A DNA stretch of 64,000 bases from Octopus vulgaris (taxonomy: Eukaryota), in assembly GCA_951406725.2 (NCBI GenBank), contig OX597821.1:9672001-9736000 (forward strand), in the 5' to 3' direction. Positions 1-13,864 of the stretch are shown one piece after another; the stretch's first letter is position 1; each line of letters begins with the position of its first letter. The notes beneath the pieces were generated by a model. That model did not search any database. It worked only from the letters and a program-made list of their open reading frames with translations, and was not told where the DNA came from. The translations under genes were made by a program, and so were the position numbers.

Positions 1-342
1 TTAAAACTATATCCAAATCCGTTCATAACTTAAAGGGTTGTCCGGTTCGGCCAAATCCTGTTTGAACCTATTTCCTACGGAACCAGCAGTGTATTAACGT
101 AAGATGGTAATTTACGAGAAGCTGGCGGGTCACAGAAAGAAACGGATGTCATATTCGTGATCTACACATAAAATACAGCGAGAAAATGTTATTCTCATTT
201 CCTCTTATTTTTATTGTTATACAATGTTATCAGGAGTGTTCTAAGCACCTGAAAGTCTACGGAAAAGTGGATACTTAAGGTTACATGTAAACCGCTGCCC
301 TCATAAATCCTAGCAGGAATATGACCGAATCTCAGTCAAACA

Positions 343-420
<78 letters not shown>

Positions 421-455
421 AAGAAGAAGAAGAAGAAGAAGAATAACAACAACAA
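343..455. repeat. Compound microsatellite (AAT)n-(AAG)n-(AAC)n
   Basis: Directly visible tandem triplets; forms the 5' flank of the R4/Dong element. Confidence 0.95.
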
Positions 456-3418
456 TCTCATTTGTGAGTGAAAATGCCAAATAAAATATATGACAATAAC
501 GGTATGAATGTGATTGGAAGAAATTTTCAAGGTGTGGCAGCCGGTAGGTACCCCAGTGTGCAGCAGGTTGTGCCCGGTGGTAATCCAGCAACAGCCTGCT
601 TCAAGGCATATGTGGAGTAAACAACTAAACATGATGGTTATGGAGTGTTACTAACCGAGAAGTCCAGTGAATGCGAATTGCGTGACTGTCAGAGTGTACA
701 GAAAACGAATGCACAGTGAATGGAAGTAATGGAACTGTTCGAACTTACTGAACAGAGATTATATGACCAAGCAAGAGCAATAACGAAAGAATTAGTGGTT
801 AACAGAATTGGAGCTTGAAGCTATTAAAGAAAGGATATCGGGTGAGTTTAGTCATGCGAGAAATCAAAGTGTTATAGAGGAAGATATATACAATTGTTCT
901 CAAGAATATAATACCGTGAATTGTGAAAGAATTGAGATCAGTGATTAATAATAGAGATCGATTAATAATAGACAGAAGGGACAGAATTTATGTGCGACTT
1001 TATGAAGGTTAACCAGTGGAGACTAAAGGATGAGTAAAGCCAATATTGTACTGAGACACATTGAAACAAAGAACCACACACAAACAAATAATCTGATCAA
1101 GGCCGCTAGTAGGATTGTGGTGGAAAGGAGGGAAAGGATTGAGAAATATTTAGAATAGTACAGCAACGATTAGAATAGGAAATAAATAATCGTGATGAAA
1201 AGGAGAATTTCTGAAGATATAAAATTCCTTGAAGAGTGTAGTGTCAATACCGGTCTGGAGAAGAAGTGGAGAACTTAAGAATGAAAGGAAATCCGAAAAA
1301 GTTAGGAAGAAGTACCGTGTAGATGCAAAAGAGGTGAATCTTGCAATTGAACTGAAGCAGCACATACATGCAAAAAAGACAAAAAAAAAAGAAGCTAACT
1401 AGGGATGAACAATACCAGCAAAACAAATTGTTTGGAACCGACAAAAAAATAAATCTTTCAAGGGATTAATGACGATGAAAAACATGAAAGACTAGACACT
1501 TATGCTGAAGTCAACTTTTTGCGAGTAAGAATTGAAGTAAGCAAGAATAACGTAATACTACCGCCGAATGGCTCTCCAGCCTGAAGCACACAGCTTCTTA
1601 TTTCCAGCAAGAATCTATCCACTTCACAGAAGACAGTAAACAGATAAGCAAATAGTAGGCAGCAGGACCTGATGGTGTACAGGGATTTTGGATTAAAATG
1701 TTCAGTAGGAGCCATAAGTTGATCGGAGAAACATTTAATGTATTGATCAAGGGATGAGATGAAATCTCGAGCTGGTTGACTAAAGGACGAACGGTGTTGT
1801 GCTTGAAGGATGAGTCAAATGGAAATGTTGCTGACAATTACAGACTAATTTCCTGCCTCCTGTTAATGAGGATGTTACTGTCAGGAGGAATTGCATAAGA
1901 ATTGTACAAATTTCTTGATGAGAACGATACCTTACTGCCGGAAGAAAATGGAGGTGCAGAGGTACCAAAGGTCAACAATTGATAGAGGAAATGGTAATGC
2001 AAGATTATAAACGAAAGAAAATAAATCTGGAATGGCCTGGAATGACTATCACAAAGCTTACGATATGATTCCACGTTCGTGAATAATCAAGTGATTAAAA
2101 GTCTTTGGAATTGCGAGGGATGTAACGTGTTTCCTGAAAAGAAGTATGGTGTGATGGAAAACTGAGCTATCTTACGGAAAATACATGGGCATCCTAGGTA
2201 GCAGAAGAGGGCGAGAGCCTATTTCTGTTTCTTTTCGTTCTCTGCAGGATAACCCTGAACTTGGTACTCAGGAAAATGAACCTGGAGTACCAACTAAAGG
2301 AAAATCCCAAATAATCAACCACCTTCTCTTCCTTGATGATTTGAAAATGTATGGCAAATATGAGACACAAGTGAGTTCCTTGGTGAACACGGTCCTCCAA
2401 TTTAGTACTAATAATAGAATGGAATTTGGATTCAAGAGGTGCGGAGTAATCTACCTAAAATGTGGCAAGGTACATTCCCTACCGAGAACAGAATTGCCGA
2501 ATAGAGACTTAATTAAGTAAAGTGAAACGGAAGGATACAAATATCTTGGTGTACTAGAGTGTAAAAAGATAATGGAAAAGGAAATGAAACAGCAACTGTG
2601 GATGGAGTATTTCCGAAGAATGAGGCTCGCGCGGCGCTTAAAATTGACTGGATGGGAAAAAATCCAAAAAGTTAATATGTGAGTGATAGCATCATTTCGG
2701 TGTGAAACTAGAATTATAAAATGGCAAAAGAGAGAAATGATGGAAATAGATACCAAGACCAGAATATGTTTACAATACATGGAGCTTTCCACCCTATGAA
2801 TGACACTTATAGGCTGTACTCGTCTATGAGAAAGGGTGGGAGAGGTTTGATCAGTTGCCAGCACTGTGCCAAAGAAGAGGAAAACAGCCTAGGGTTGTAT
2901 ATAAAAAATGCCGTGGAGCCACTGTTGAAACACTCGAAGAATATCGGTGTCATAAAAAAATGACAATTGTGTAACTAATGATCCAATGCGATCACCTGAG
3001 TAGACATAGGAAACCGGACATTATTGTGGTGAATAAAAAATAAAGACCATGCATGGTAATCGCCTTGGCATGCTCTTGTGCCAAGACGTTCAATACGAAA
3101 GAAGAAGAAAAAATAAACTACTATGCCGATTTGAAGTGGGAATTACGAAGAATGTGGTCAAGGAGGAGGGTAGACATAATACCAGTATTAATGTCTGCAC
3201 TTAGAAGTATCAGCACTCAACTACCAACATGGCTGCAAAAGGTTGGTGCAACTGCGAAGGTAGAACATCTACAAAAATCAGTATTGCTTAGAACTGCAAG
3301 TATTCTTCACAGGATTCTTGAAGCATCTCAAATAAACAAATGTCACCTTATCCTCCTGGATGTGGACACCTGGTACTTTCCATCATACTCACAAAAACAA
3401 GACGTGAATCTTCATATT

Positions 3419-3419
<1 letters not shown>
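456..3419 (+). mobile_element. Decayed R4/Dong-clade non-LTR retrotransposon (RT + restriction-like endonuclease)
   Basis: Hand translation gives N-terminal WSKQLNMMVMECY..RKRMHSEW..EQRLYDQARAI..WLTELELE; RT motifs [60 protein letters not shown]; HGAFHP and GGRGLIS; endonuclease RKPDIIVV..EEKINYYADLKWEL. Many stops and frameshifts; the QGDSLSP region and CCHC knuckle appear deleted. Flanked by TAA-type repeats. Confidence 0.9.
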
Positions 3420-3470
<51 letters not shown>

Positions 3471-3504
3471 CACTATTGTTACTGCCGCTTCTTCTACTAC
3501 TAAG

Positions 3505-3543
<39 letters not shown>

Positions 3544-3566
3544 GCTACTACTGCTACTACTACTAC

Positions 3567-3599
<33 letters not shown>

Positions 3600-3724
3600 T
3601 TAATAATAATAATAATAATAATGATGATGATGATAAGGAGAAGAAAATAAACAGCAACAACAGCAGCAGCAGCAACAACAATAACAACAAAAACAACAAC
3701 AGCAACAACAACAACAATAATAAT
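3420..3724. repeat. Compound microsatellite (CTA)n-(TAA)n-(TGA)n-(CAA/CAG)n
   Basis: Directly visible; 3' flank/tail of the R4/Dong element. Confidence 0.95.
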
Positions 3725-4908
3725 AGCCTATACTTGGTATTTATAAATATTTTAATACATCGCTACGTACGTTTCCACAAACCTCATGTCTCTTAAGATA
3801 ATAGAATGTATAGCTGAGATAATCACATTATAGAATATGTATCAATGGACATCGGATGGATCGAATTCATGCGTTCATTTCGTCGGGCAATATGAGCACA
3901 TCGCCATATCGCGGTATCACTTGAAGAAAGGAATGCATGAATATGACCTACACGAAGCCCATTGATACTACGTATTGTACTGCAATCATTCCAGGAATAC
4001 CGACTATGATTTCAAGAAAAATGAGACACCCGGAAACGCGGGTAGCAATGCATTTAAAATATTTATGAATTCCATCTATGAAATATTATTATTAATATTT
4101 CCCCCATAGGCGCAGAAAACTATTGTTGCTACCTGGTATCATAAGGGTGTAGCCAGCGTTACAGAATGCGAGTTTTTGTAGGCTTATTCAAAACGTCTCT
4201 GGCAACCGAACTTCACGAATAAAGATATATATATGTGTGTATGTGTGTGTGTTCTTATACATTCATACATACATGCATACATATATATATATACACATAT
4301 TTTGTAAGTTCAAGACTTTTTCATCGGATCTCCAAAAAATCGAACTTATCTGCGATCCTTGTAAATTTCAATAACAATCTGTTCCTCTACACGATATGAC
4401 AGTCACTTGCTTTTACTCAGACTTTCCTCTACATGATATTGCAGTCACTTTGCCTCTTACTCGGATTTTCAGAAATTTTGCATGACTGTATCCGAAAATT
4501 TCTTCACACAACTTGATCAAATATTCAATATGAGCTATATGTAGACATGCATAAATTCTATAGGTTTAAAACCTTTCATCGGATCTCCATGAATCGAACT
4601 TTCTTCAATGCAGCTAATCTTACAACCTCTTTTGTATCTACCCCTTTTGATGTTTGGGAATTCTCTGATGTTTTTTCGGCTGACGAGTACGAGCCATCTG
4701 TATTCACTGCATTTTTTGTAGCTTATTAAAGATGTCCTCGTACGAAACGATCGTACCGAGATTTTAATCCATTCTTGTTGCTTTTTTCCTATTTGTAATC
4801 ACCCCATTTGTCGTATGGTTAACACCATATAGATTTCCGGTGCACCCTAGTTAAGGACCATATTCATGTGAATTCTTTAGAATTCACTAGAATCTCAATT
4901 ACTTAACC

Positions 4909-4951
<43 letters not shown>

Positions 4952-6064
4952 AATTCACATCATGTAATCGTTCTTCATATGGTAAAATTTATATATTAAT
5001 ATTCTTATAAACACATATCAAAACTTGTATTTGATATATGCCAGATAGAAATCTATGCTTTCCTTAAAATCCGGTTGTTCGACAATACAACTCAGGAAAA
5101 GTCTATGAACAACTAATATTGTGTTGGAACGCTTAAAATATGTCTGTGGAAAATGTCAGTAGATATATCTGAAGTGGTGTTCCATATCATGATTCTATTT
5201 ATTAAGATTTACGATTGTAATGACTATCGAAACTTCACATAGAAAATAATGGAATTCTTTAGCTTAAATAAAATAAAGACAATCTCTTGTGAATGATAAG
5301 ATAATCTTTACAGAATAGATAAGCTCGCATACACAAGACAACTGGAAATGTTTTATTACAATACAGAATAGTGTATGTCATAACTTTTAATGGAGTAGTA
5401 TATAATACATCTTCAGAAATACCATAAATTCCTGGTGAATTGCTAAGTAGGTATTACATTAAATAAGTGGGTGTTTGCTTTCTTGGTGGACACTAAATGC
5501 CTACTTATTTCTTCCACCAAGCAAGTTAAGCTCTACGAATATACATTAGATTCTAGAAAGAGCAGAACCATGCAGCAGCTGCAATTTCAAATGAATTTTG
5601 ATATTCGATAAACAAGCACCTCACACTAAAGGTCATATATATTAGAAACGTATTTGCCTTCAAAATAAAAGTATAATCTAGCTGAAGCTTTCTGAAATCG
5701 CATAGCTTTTCTTTGAAATATCAATCCAAAGCAAACTGAATAGCAGAGAATTAAAATCATCCAAACAGGCTCTTTTAACGAAGGTGAAACATGAAGTACT
5801 GTGATTATTCCTAGCAGGTTTACACTAGAGAATGTGAACCATTGTCGCATATATCATAAGCAGATAAATACCATAAGAATGTTAGAGAAAATCTAATTTA
5901 TACTGACAAAAATATTAAACTTTCCATTAGCATCAGTAACAGTATGAACAGAAATATGTATTGGAAAACATAAAAAAGCAAACACGATAAATTTAACCTA
6001 ATAGGGGAAACGAATGAGACATAACAATGCAGTCACCTTATTCCGAATTTTGCGCCTTCGCTGA

Positions 6065-6537
6065 ACGTTGATAAACGAAAGAACGTAGACAATCTAAAGA
6101 CGTTGATAAACCAAAGAACGTAGACAAACTAAAGACGTTGATAAACCAAAGAACGTAGACAAACTAAAGACGTTGATAAACCAAAGAACGTAGACAATCT
6201 AAAGACGTTGATAAACCAAAGAACGTAGACAAACTAAAGACGTTGATAAACCAAAGAACGTAGACAATCTAAAGACGTTGATAAACCAAAGAACGTAGAC
6301 AAACTAAAGACGTTGATAAACCAAAGAACGTAGACAAGCTAAAGACGTTGATAAACCAAAGAACGTAGACAAACTAAAGACGTTGATAAACCAAAGAACG
6401 TAGACAAACTAAAGACGTTGGTAAACCAAAGAACGTAGACAAACTAAAGACGTTGATAAACCAAAGAACGTAGACAAACTAAAGACGTTGATAAACCAAA
6501 GAACGTAGACAAACTAAAGACGTTGATAAACCAAAGA
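6065..6537. repeat. 35-bp minisatellite, about 13.5 copies
   Basis: Unit aaagacgttgataaaccaaagaacgtagacaaact repeated head-to-tail with only point variants (aatct, aagct, ggtaaacc); no unique spacers. Confidence 0.95.
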
Positions 6538-6769
6538 CATGTAACGAGGTTTTTCTCAAAAAGAGGTTAAAGGAAGACTACATGGCACAGAAAACTAATA
6601 AAATTTAGATGCCAATTGTCTTGTCGCTTAATTTTTCCAGCATGTACTTGGTGTGCTGTAGCTATTTTAATAATTTAGAATGAATAGAAAATATCAGACA
6701 GATAGAAATGCAAAAGCCTTACCACACGAATGCAACTGCCATGGTGATTCATAAATATCTATACTGAGT

Positions 6770-7165
6770 ACGTGGAGGCGCAATGGCCCAGTGGTTAGGG
6801 CAGCGGACTCGCGGTCGTAGGATCGCGGTTTCGATTCCCAGACCGGGCATTGTGAGTGTTTATTGAGCGAAAACACCTAAAGCTTCACAAGGCTCCTGCA
6901 GGGGGTGGTGGTGAACCCTGTTGTACTCTTTCACCAGAACTTTCTCTCACTCTTACTTCCTGTTTCTGTTGTACCTGTATTTGAAAGGGCCAGCCTTGTC
7001 ACACTCTGTGTCACGCTGAATCTCCTCGAGAACTACGTTAAGGGTACACGTGTCTGTGGAATGCTCAGCCACTTGCACGTTAATTCCACGAGCAAGCTGT
7101 TCCGTTGATCGTATCAGCTGGGACCCTCATCGTCGTAACCGACGGAGTGCTCCGAAACCTAAAAA
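6770..7165 (+). mobile_element. tRNA-derived SINE, family A
   Basis: Head with A-box tggcccagtgg and B-box-like ggtttcgattccc; paralogues at 15235 and 51229; 9-bp target-site duplication atactgagt (6761-6769 and 7166-7174). Confidence 0.85.
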
Positions 7166-7536
7166 ATACTGAGTTTAACAGGGATAAGAAAAAATTAAGC
7201 ATCATAAAGTGCTGAATGAGAAAAGAAAAATAGTTTGAATATGATTTAGGAAAAGCCGTATGGCAGCGTTACAAAGAAATATCAGCACATTTAGATCAAA
7301 TTACTCAAATATGTTCTCCAAGTGCAACTTAAGTACATCCATAGATCTACTTAATTCGTGTGATTTAAAGCTGGAAATAGCACATACTTGCTTACATCAG
7401 AACACTTTTATGGGTGAACCTATATATTTTGCACACAGCGTTGGTCAAAACTGAAATATCTACATATTGATTTGCGAATGCAGTCTCAAAGCTAACTTAC
7501 TTTCAGGTTCCACAGAAGCGGCATATTTCAAATAGA

Positions 7537-7998
7537 ATGTATGTATGTATGTATGTATGTATGTATGTATGTATGTATGTATGTATGTATGTATGTATGT
7601 ATGTATGTATGTATGTATGTATGCATGTATGTATGCATGTATGTATGTATGTATGTATGCATGTATGAATATGTGTATGTATGTATGTATGTGGGTATGT
7701 ATGCGCGTATGTATGCGTGTATGTATGTATGTGTGTATGTATGTATGTATGTATGTGTGTGTATGTATGTATGCATGTATGTATATGTGTATGTATGTAT
7801 GTATGTGTGTATGTATGTGTGTATGTATGTGCGTATGTATGTGTGTATGTATGTGCGTATGTATGTATGTATGTATGTATGTATGTATGTATGTATGCAT
7901 GTATGTATGTATGTATGTATGTGTGTATGTGTGTATGTGTGTATGTATGTATGTAGGTATGTATGTATGTATGTATGCATGTATGTATGTAAGTATGT
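7537..7998. repeat. (ATGT)n microsatellite
   Basis: Directly visible; source of the MYVC/HTYI pseudo-ORFs. Confidence 0.95.
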
Positions 7999-8036
7999 CA
8001 TTGTTCAGTTTCATTTGAATATTTCTTGCTAACACA

Positions 8037-8380
8037 AGGCAGCGAGATAGCCGAAACGTTAGCACGCCGGGCGAAATGCGTAGCCGTATTTCATCTGCCG
8101 TTACGTTCTGAGTTCAAATACCGCCGAGGTCGACTTTTCCTTTCATCCTTTCGGGGTCGACTAAATAAGTACCAGTTACACAATGAGGTCGATATAATCG
8201 ACTTAATCCGTTTGTCTGTCCTTGTTTGTCCTCTCTGTGTTTAGCCCCTTGTGGGTAGTAAAGAAATAGGTATTTCGTCTGCCTTTACGTTCTGAGTTCA
8301 AATTCCGCTGAGGTCGACTTTGCCTTTTATTATTTCGGGTCGATAAATTAAGTACCAGTAGTGTCCTGGGGTCGACGTAA
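8037..8380 (+). mobile_element. SINE family C (Meta-domain-like core), partially dimeric
   Basis: Core cctttcatcctttcggggtcga..aaataagtaccagt resembles the Meta/MESC SINE domain (from memory); the block gtatttc..ttacgttctgagttcaaat..taagtaccagt occurs twice; paralogues at 27223, 48575, 52475. Confidence 0.75.
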
Positions 8381-8541
8381 TCTAATATACATGCATACAT
8401 ATACATAATACATACATATATATATGTATATATGTTTTTGATCTGAGAACATAAACTTTTTGTGGAGAATGGCGATTTGACGTCTATATCTAGCATGTTG
8501 ACTGTCCACTTTTCGTGTGCAGTCCTTAATTGGTATGTATG

Positions 8542-8604
<63 letters not shown>

Positions 8605-9279
8605 GTATGTGTGCGTGTGTATGTGTAGTTGTTTTACACATGTATGCCTAAACACCAATAGTAACAGTTTCTACTTCAACTCCAAATGCGTCGTGACATA
8701 ATACAGTCTCCTGTCTCTAAGCAAATATCGGTTTATCGGTATATCGGTCTTGTTCTTTACTCCCGTCTTTCACTTTCATAGACCTTTTAATTTATCTTTC
8801 ATCTTCACATGATATATTTTCAAACATTTCCCATGTTACTTCCTGTAAGTTTCCTTTTATTTCTGAAATGTTTTCACGATCTTTATTTTTTTTTATTTTT
8901 TACTCCCAGAACCGACCATACGCTGTTAAATGTGACTACACTACTTAGGACTCATAGACTCGCATGTAATGCATTAACATATGACAGGCTTACCATTCCG
9001 CTAGTCAAGACTTTGATACCTTCCATCAATATTACCTCTTAGTCCCCATTTAATTTCGATGTATTTTTCAATGCATTTTTTGCTCATCGTGTATCATCTT
9101 TCATGTGTTGAAGAAACGGTTACTTTTGAATTCATATTTTGTTTGTTTACTTAAAAACTATATGCCTGTGGGTGTGTGGGAATGTGTACGTACGTGTATG
9201 TGAATATGTATGATAATCTGTGTATATATTCATAGATACATATAACTTTATACATTCACATATGTATTCATATGTGTAT

Positions 9280-9578
9280 AAACACAAGCACGCAGACTCA
9301 TACACATAGACAAACAAACACATACACATAGATATATGAGTGTATATATATAAATATATATATATATATATAATTATATTATATGTATATATAAATATAT
9401 ATATATATATATGTATGTATATATACATAGCTTACACACACACATACATATATGCATGCATATATGTGTGTGTGTATGTATAAATGTAATATATGTATGT
9501 GTGTGTATAGACATGTATATATATATATACATATATATATATTTGAATATATTCATGTGTGTATATATATGTATATGC

Positions 9579-9660
<82 letters not shown>
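9280..9660. repeat. Degenerate (TA)n/(TG)n/(GA)n tract
   Basis: Directly visible. Confidence 0.9.
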
Positions 9661-9661
<1 letters not shown>

Positions 9662-10021
9662 GGAGGATGTTTCAATTTATAAGCCCTCTCTATACAAAAA
9701 GAAAAATCTCGTACAGATAATTTTATTACAGCGTTTACGTTAGCCCATATGTAATTACACAAAAGAAAAGCCGGTATCTTGTGCATTGTATGCTAACCTA
9801 TGCGTATCTATTCTATTTATCTCTCCATATATCTATCTCTCTGTCTATCATCGAAGTTTCTACCTTCCTACCTTCTTATATCTACCAACATGCATGCGTG
9901 CCGGTGAGTGTTCGGAGGTGCGTTTACATACATGTGTGTAAGTGTTAGCATTCTGTGCATGAATGTATTTACATTTAGGCACATGTAATCATATCAATAC
10001 ATGTAAGAATACCTTTTTTTG

Positions 10022-10052
<31 letters not shown>

Positions 10053-10196
10053 CGGAGTAAACACATAAATGTGAAACAAGGTGGAAAAAAGAGTACTCAA
10101 ATACCAGTGGTAGAGTAATATGCTTTATTTAAAGCAGCAGAAAATTCAACAAAACATGTTACAGGTTTTGTTGAATTTTCTGCTGCTTTAAATAAA
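10053..10196. mobile_element. Short insert in (TA)n with 32-bp perfect inverted repeat; probable PLE pseudo-LTR fragment
   Basis: tttatttaaagcagcagaaaattcaacaaaac (10124-10155) and its reverse complement (10165-10196); (TA)n on both sides. PLE origin is inferred from the architecture. Confidence 0.55.
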
Positions 10197-11149
10197 TATA
10201 TATATATATATATTCAACTATATCATTTCAGTTTAATTTTACGTATAAAACAGTTTATTTTATATTACATTTATATATTACATTTTTATATTACATATTA
10301 TTCACATTCAAGTAATTCTTGCCATGAAACTATTAGCACATAGATTTTAATTCTGTATATTCGCTTTTATCATATCAATTTCTATTATACATTTATTCAA
10401 CGTTAACTGCAGATAATTATAACTTTCTTTTATACCCTTCCTCTGATCTGTTCTCCTTCAACAGCTGCTGCATAGATTAGATTTCACCATTGCGATAGCA
10501 CGTGTCGTAGGCATATGGATTTCTGGCTAAATATTCGATTGTTCCGTTGCTTACTTTAGGCATGTTGTTTAATTTCCCTATACTGTGAGTTAAAATCTGC
10601 ATAAAGGTTGCCTATCATCTAGGCTCCTAACGTCTTTGTTCATGATATAATGTTTTACTGCCGTTACAGTTTATTTCTTTTATTTTCTCATCATTAAGAG
10701 TCTATTATATATTGTGAAACAATTATCATTGCTTTCACATGCAACACTATTTTCATACTGTTAATAATGTGTGTCATGTCTAATATCCCTCAAAATTAAA
10801 TTGTATAGACCTCCGTATTTAAGGCCTACAAACAAACGTGGTATATATTTTCGGTAGTGACTTAAGGCATAGTGTTGTTGGTCCATTTAGCAGAGCATCT
10901 GCCATGCGTAGAGATAACGTTGGTAATATATATAGGTTGTAAATTTCATTTCTAAATAGACATAAAACGAAATACTAAGTTGAACTGAAAATTTCATAGA
11001 TTGACTATGACGTAGTGGCACTAGAATTGTGAAATATTGCATACATTAATGTCAAAACTTCTTATTAATAACTGTATTGTTTCTTTCAAAGTAAACAGAC
11101 GTGTGATTCATCGAAGAAACTGCAAATATAACTAGAAGCGACTTATCTG

Positions 11150-11585
11150 GAAAGATGTTCAAATTTTGGCATCGTGGTTTTATCTGCTACCCGCAGAAAA
11201 AAGGGTAATTCCACATAGGAAATTCATGCTGACATGGTTGCTACTTTAGGGGAAGATGCCCCAGCCTTAACAATAGTGCAAACCAGAGCAGGTGAAATGT
11301 CAAGGAGAAGGGAGAGTCTTGAAGGGGACCCAAGTTCTCTGTCTGCTACCAGCGAGGAAAACATTGTTCATGTTCAACACAGGGTAATGCATGGCAGGCG
11401 ATTATCTATAAATCAAAATAACCAATGTTTTTAGTAGTATATATTGTGAGATAACTGAGAATAGTTTTCACATTGAACTTGCCACGACTTCTGACAACTG
11501 ATTAAAAGTGCACCAGGCTTATAATAGCTGGCATTGTTAGAGACAGATCTAGCTTATTTAACCGAACATTTCCTAGGGCAGAATA
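11150..11585 (+). pseudogene. Decayed mariner transposase N-terminal fragment
   Basis: ORF 11234-11434 MVATLGEDAPALTIVQ..RRRESLEGDP..EENI..VMHGRRLSINQ parallels the HTH region of the intact mariner at 33243 (MKVTYGDDAPSYDLVKRW..GRNSVETAPRSG..ILEDRRI). Confidence 0.8.
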
Positions 11586-11629
11586 ACACACACACACACA
11601 CTGCGCGTGCACACATGCACAAATATACG

Positions 11630-11785
11630 TTAGGCTTCTCTTGGTTTCCGTCTAGTAAATCCTCTCACGTTGTTTTGATCATCGCGGGGTTATAATAGAA
11701 GACGGCCCCAGTTGCCACTCAATGCGACTGAACTTTGCACCATGTGGTTCAGAATTAAAGTTCTTACTTCACAACCACACCGGGA
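11630..11785 (-). mobile_element. SINE family B, degenerate 5' fragment
   Basis: ggcttctcttggtttccgtctagtaaatcctctcac..ccatgtggtt matches the reverse complement of the 31440 copy. Confidence 0.65.
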
Positions 11786-12590
11786 GTATATATGTAGGTT
11801 TTACCATATAGTTAGCGCACGCAATTTGTGATTCTAAATCCTCATTCCATGTTAGCTCAAACATAAATTGCCCAGATCGTTACCAGATACACACACGCAT
11901 ATATATACATGTGTGTGCGTGTGTGTGTGGCCAACTTCAATCGCCACTAATAAATCTTAAGCTGTCACCATTTATCATATTGTATCATTTTATCATTTCG
12001 TATAATGTTTTATCATCTCGTACCTTAACGGGAGGACCGCTACGAACACTCTGGTATTTCTAGATAGAGTTCAAAATCTCATAGAAAATAAACCACAGAA
12101 ATAAGACTAGAATGCTTTTGATTATGGACGTATGCTTGATTCTGTCCCAATTGACAATAAAGAACGGCGATATTTACAAACACCTAATTTCACCCCTTAA
12201 TACCGATTTATATAATATGTTTCTTTATTAGCCACACAGGGCTACAAATCATATACAACTGCAAAAGAACAAATCTAATCGAATTTTTCATCCCATTTTA
12301 ATAGAGGATGGTCGAAATAGCAGCCACTATATTCTAATATTCCCCAGTAAATTTCTTTATAGTGATGATTTTGCAGTCGCAAATATAAAATATCACTCAG
12401 AGAAAGACGGGTGCCGTTTTCGTAATTAGAGTTTATTTGGGTTAACTAAAGCCTTCCACATCCTCTTTTCTCTAGGTTTCTAAGCGCATTCTTACCTTGA
12501 TTTAAAAAAATCATTTCTACAAAGCTGATAAAAATGTTTCGCAAATATATTTAAAGAATAATTACTCGATATATATATATATATATATAT

Positions 12591-13030
12591 TCTCCCCGTC
12601 ATCGTATGGTGCCTGTCTCTCTCCCTCTTTCTCCTTTCCTCTCTATCGTTGCTCACATGATCATCTTTCTTTTCTTTCAGTCTGACATACAGACTAAACG
12701 CATTCTTACCTATCTCCTCTTCTATCTTTTCTCTTGTCAAAGACAATATTCTCTTCCTCCAGCGTTCGCTACCTCACCTAGTCTGGCCTAACCTCCTTCC
12801 ATATTTGTTTCCGTTAGGTTTGTTGTATGTCTGCGCTGTCCTGTTTTTGTTACCAGCTTTGACACTTCGCAAATCACAAATTTTATTTTGGTTCTCGGGA
12901 GCAATTGCCTTTTCGAAGTCTCATATTTTCGTTAATTGCTCGAAATGATTAGTAGATAGACAGCCGGCAACTGATGAAGAGTCGTTTTTTATGTCACTTG
13001 TCTTGTTTTCCATTTGTCCATCTATATGTC
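12591..13030 (+). mobile_element. Non-coding (TA)n-flanked element, CT-rich 5' half, with HHR-like pieces
   Basis: Stem gagcaatt/aattgctc followed by GAAA (12899-12945) and CTGATGA at 12971; 3' part tagatagacagccg.caactgatg is shared with 57586-57720. Confidence 0.5.
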
Positions 13031-13082
13031 TGTAACTATATATACCTATATATGGATGTATGTAAATATATGTATGTATATA

Positions 13083-13171
<89 letters not shown>

Positions 13172-13214
13172 AGTGAATTGAAGAAATGGAGTTGAAGAAA
13201 TTAGTGAATTTCTT

Positions 13215-13299
13215 CTGCTGTGATTTTTGCTACCAAGGTATCGGTTAAACTTTTGATTAATCTGCAACAAGATTATTCATCTTTCTATTTCACCAAACA

Positions 13300-13300
<1 letters not shown>
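13215..13300. mobile_element. (TA)n-flanked repeat fragment shared with 55115-55195
   Basis: gctg.gatttttgctacc.aggtatcggttaaac.tttga.taatctg..acaaga...ttcatctttctatttca.caaa present at both loci. Confidence 0.7.
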
Positions 13301-13350
<50 letters not shown>

Positions 13351-13600
13351 TTACATTATATATCTACAAGCAGCAATTAAAGCAATGCATCCAGCTTGCA
13401 GTATTTTACATACTTTGGCTGCAAGCATTAGTACTCGTACACTTATTAATGCATTGGTAAACTAATGGATACTACGTATGCAAACATGTACAACTTGTAT
13501 GCATATCTGCATATATTTTTATGTTAGTCTACCTATATCAGTACGAATGCCTGGAACCCAGTGTGTATATATTGTAATATGCATGCGTGTGAGGGTGTCA

Positions 13601-13658
<58 letters not shown>

Positions 13659-13799
13659 GATACATATTATAAATAGATAGATACATATACATATATAGTT
13701 ATATGTATATATATGTATACATATATATATACATATAACTATATATGTACATGTATCTATCTATACATGCGTGTATACACACACACATACACACACACA

Positions 13800-13864
<65 letters not shown>

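Noticed and set aside
6065-6537. CRISPR array (35-bp periodicity)
   Set aside because: Units are contiguous with no unique spacers, no cas genes are present, and the context is eukaryotic.
6774-6850. tRNA gene
   Set aside because: The tRNA-like head continues into a shared SINE body with a TSD and recurs at 15235 and 51229; no clean cloverleaf.
7460-8065. Long ORFs of YI/HT/MYVC/poly-L type here and at 41046, 54042, 59322, 62209 and elsewhere
   Set aside because: Translations of microsatellites with no domain content.
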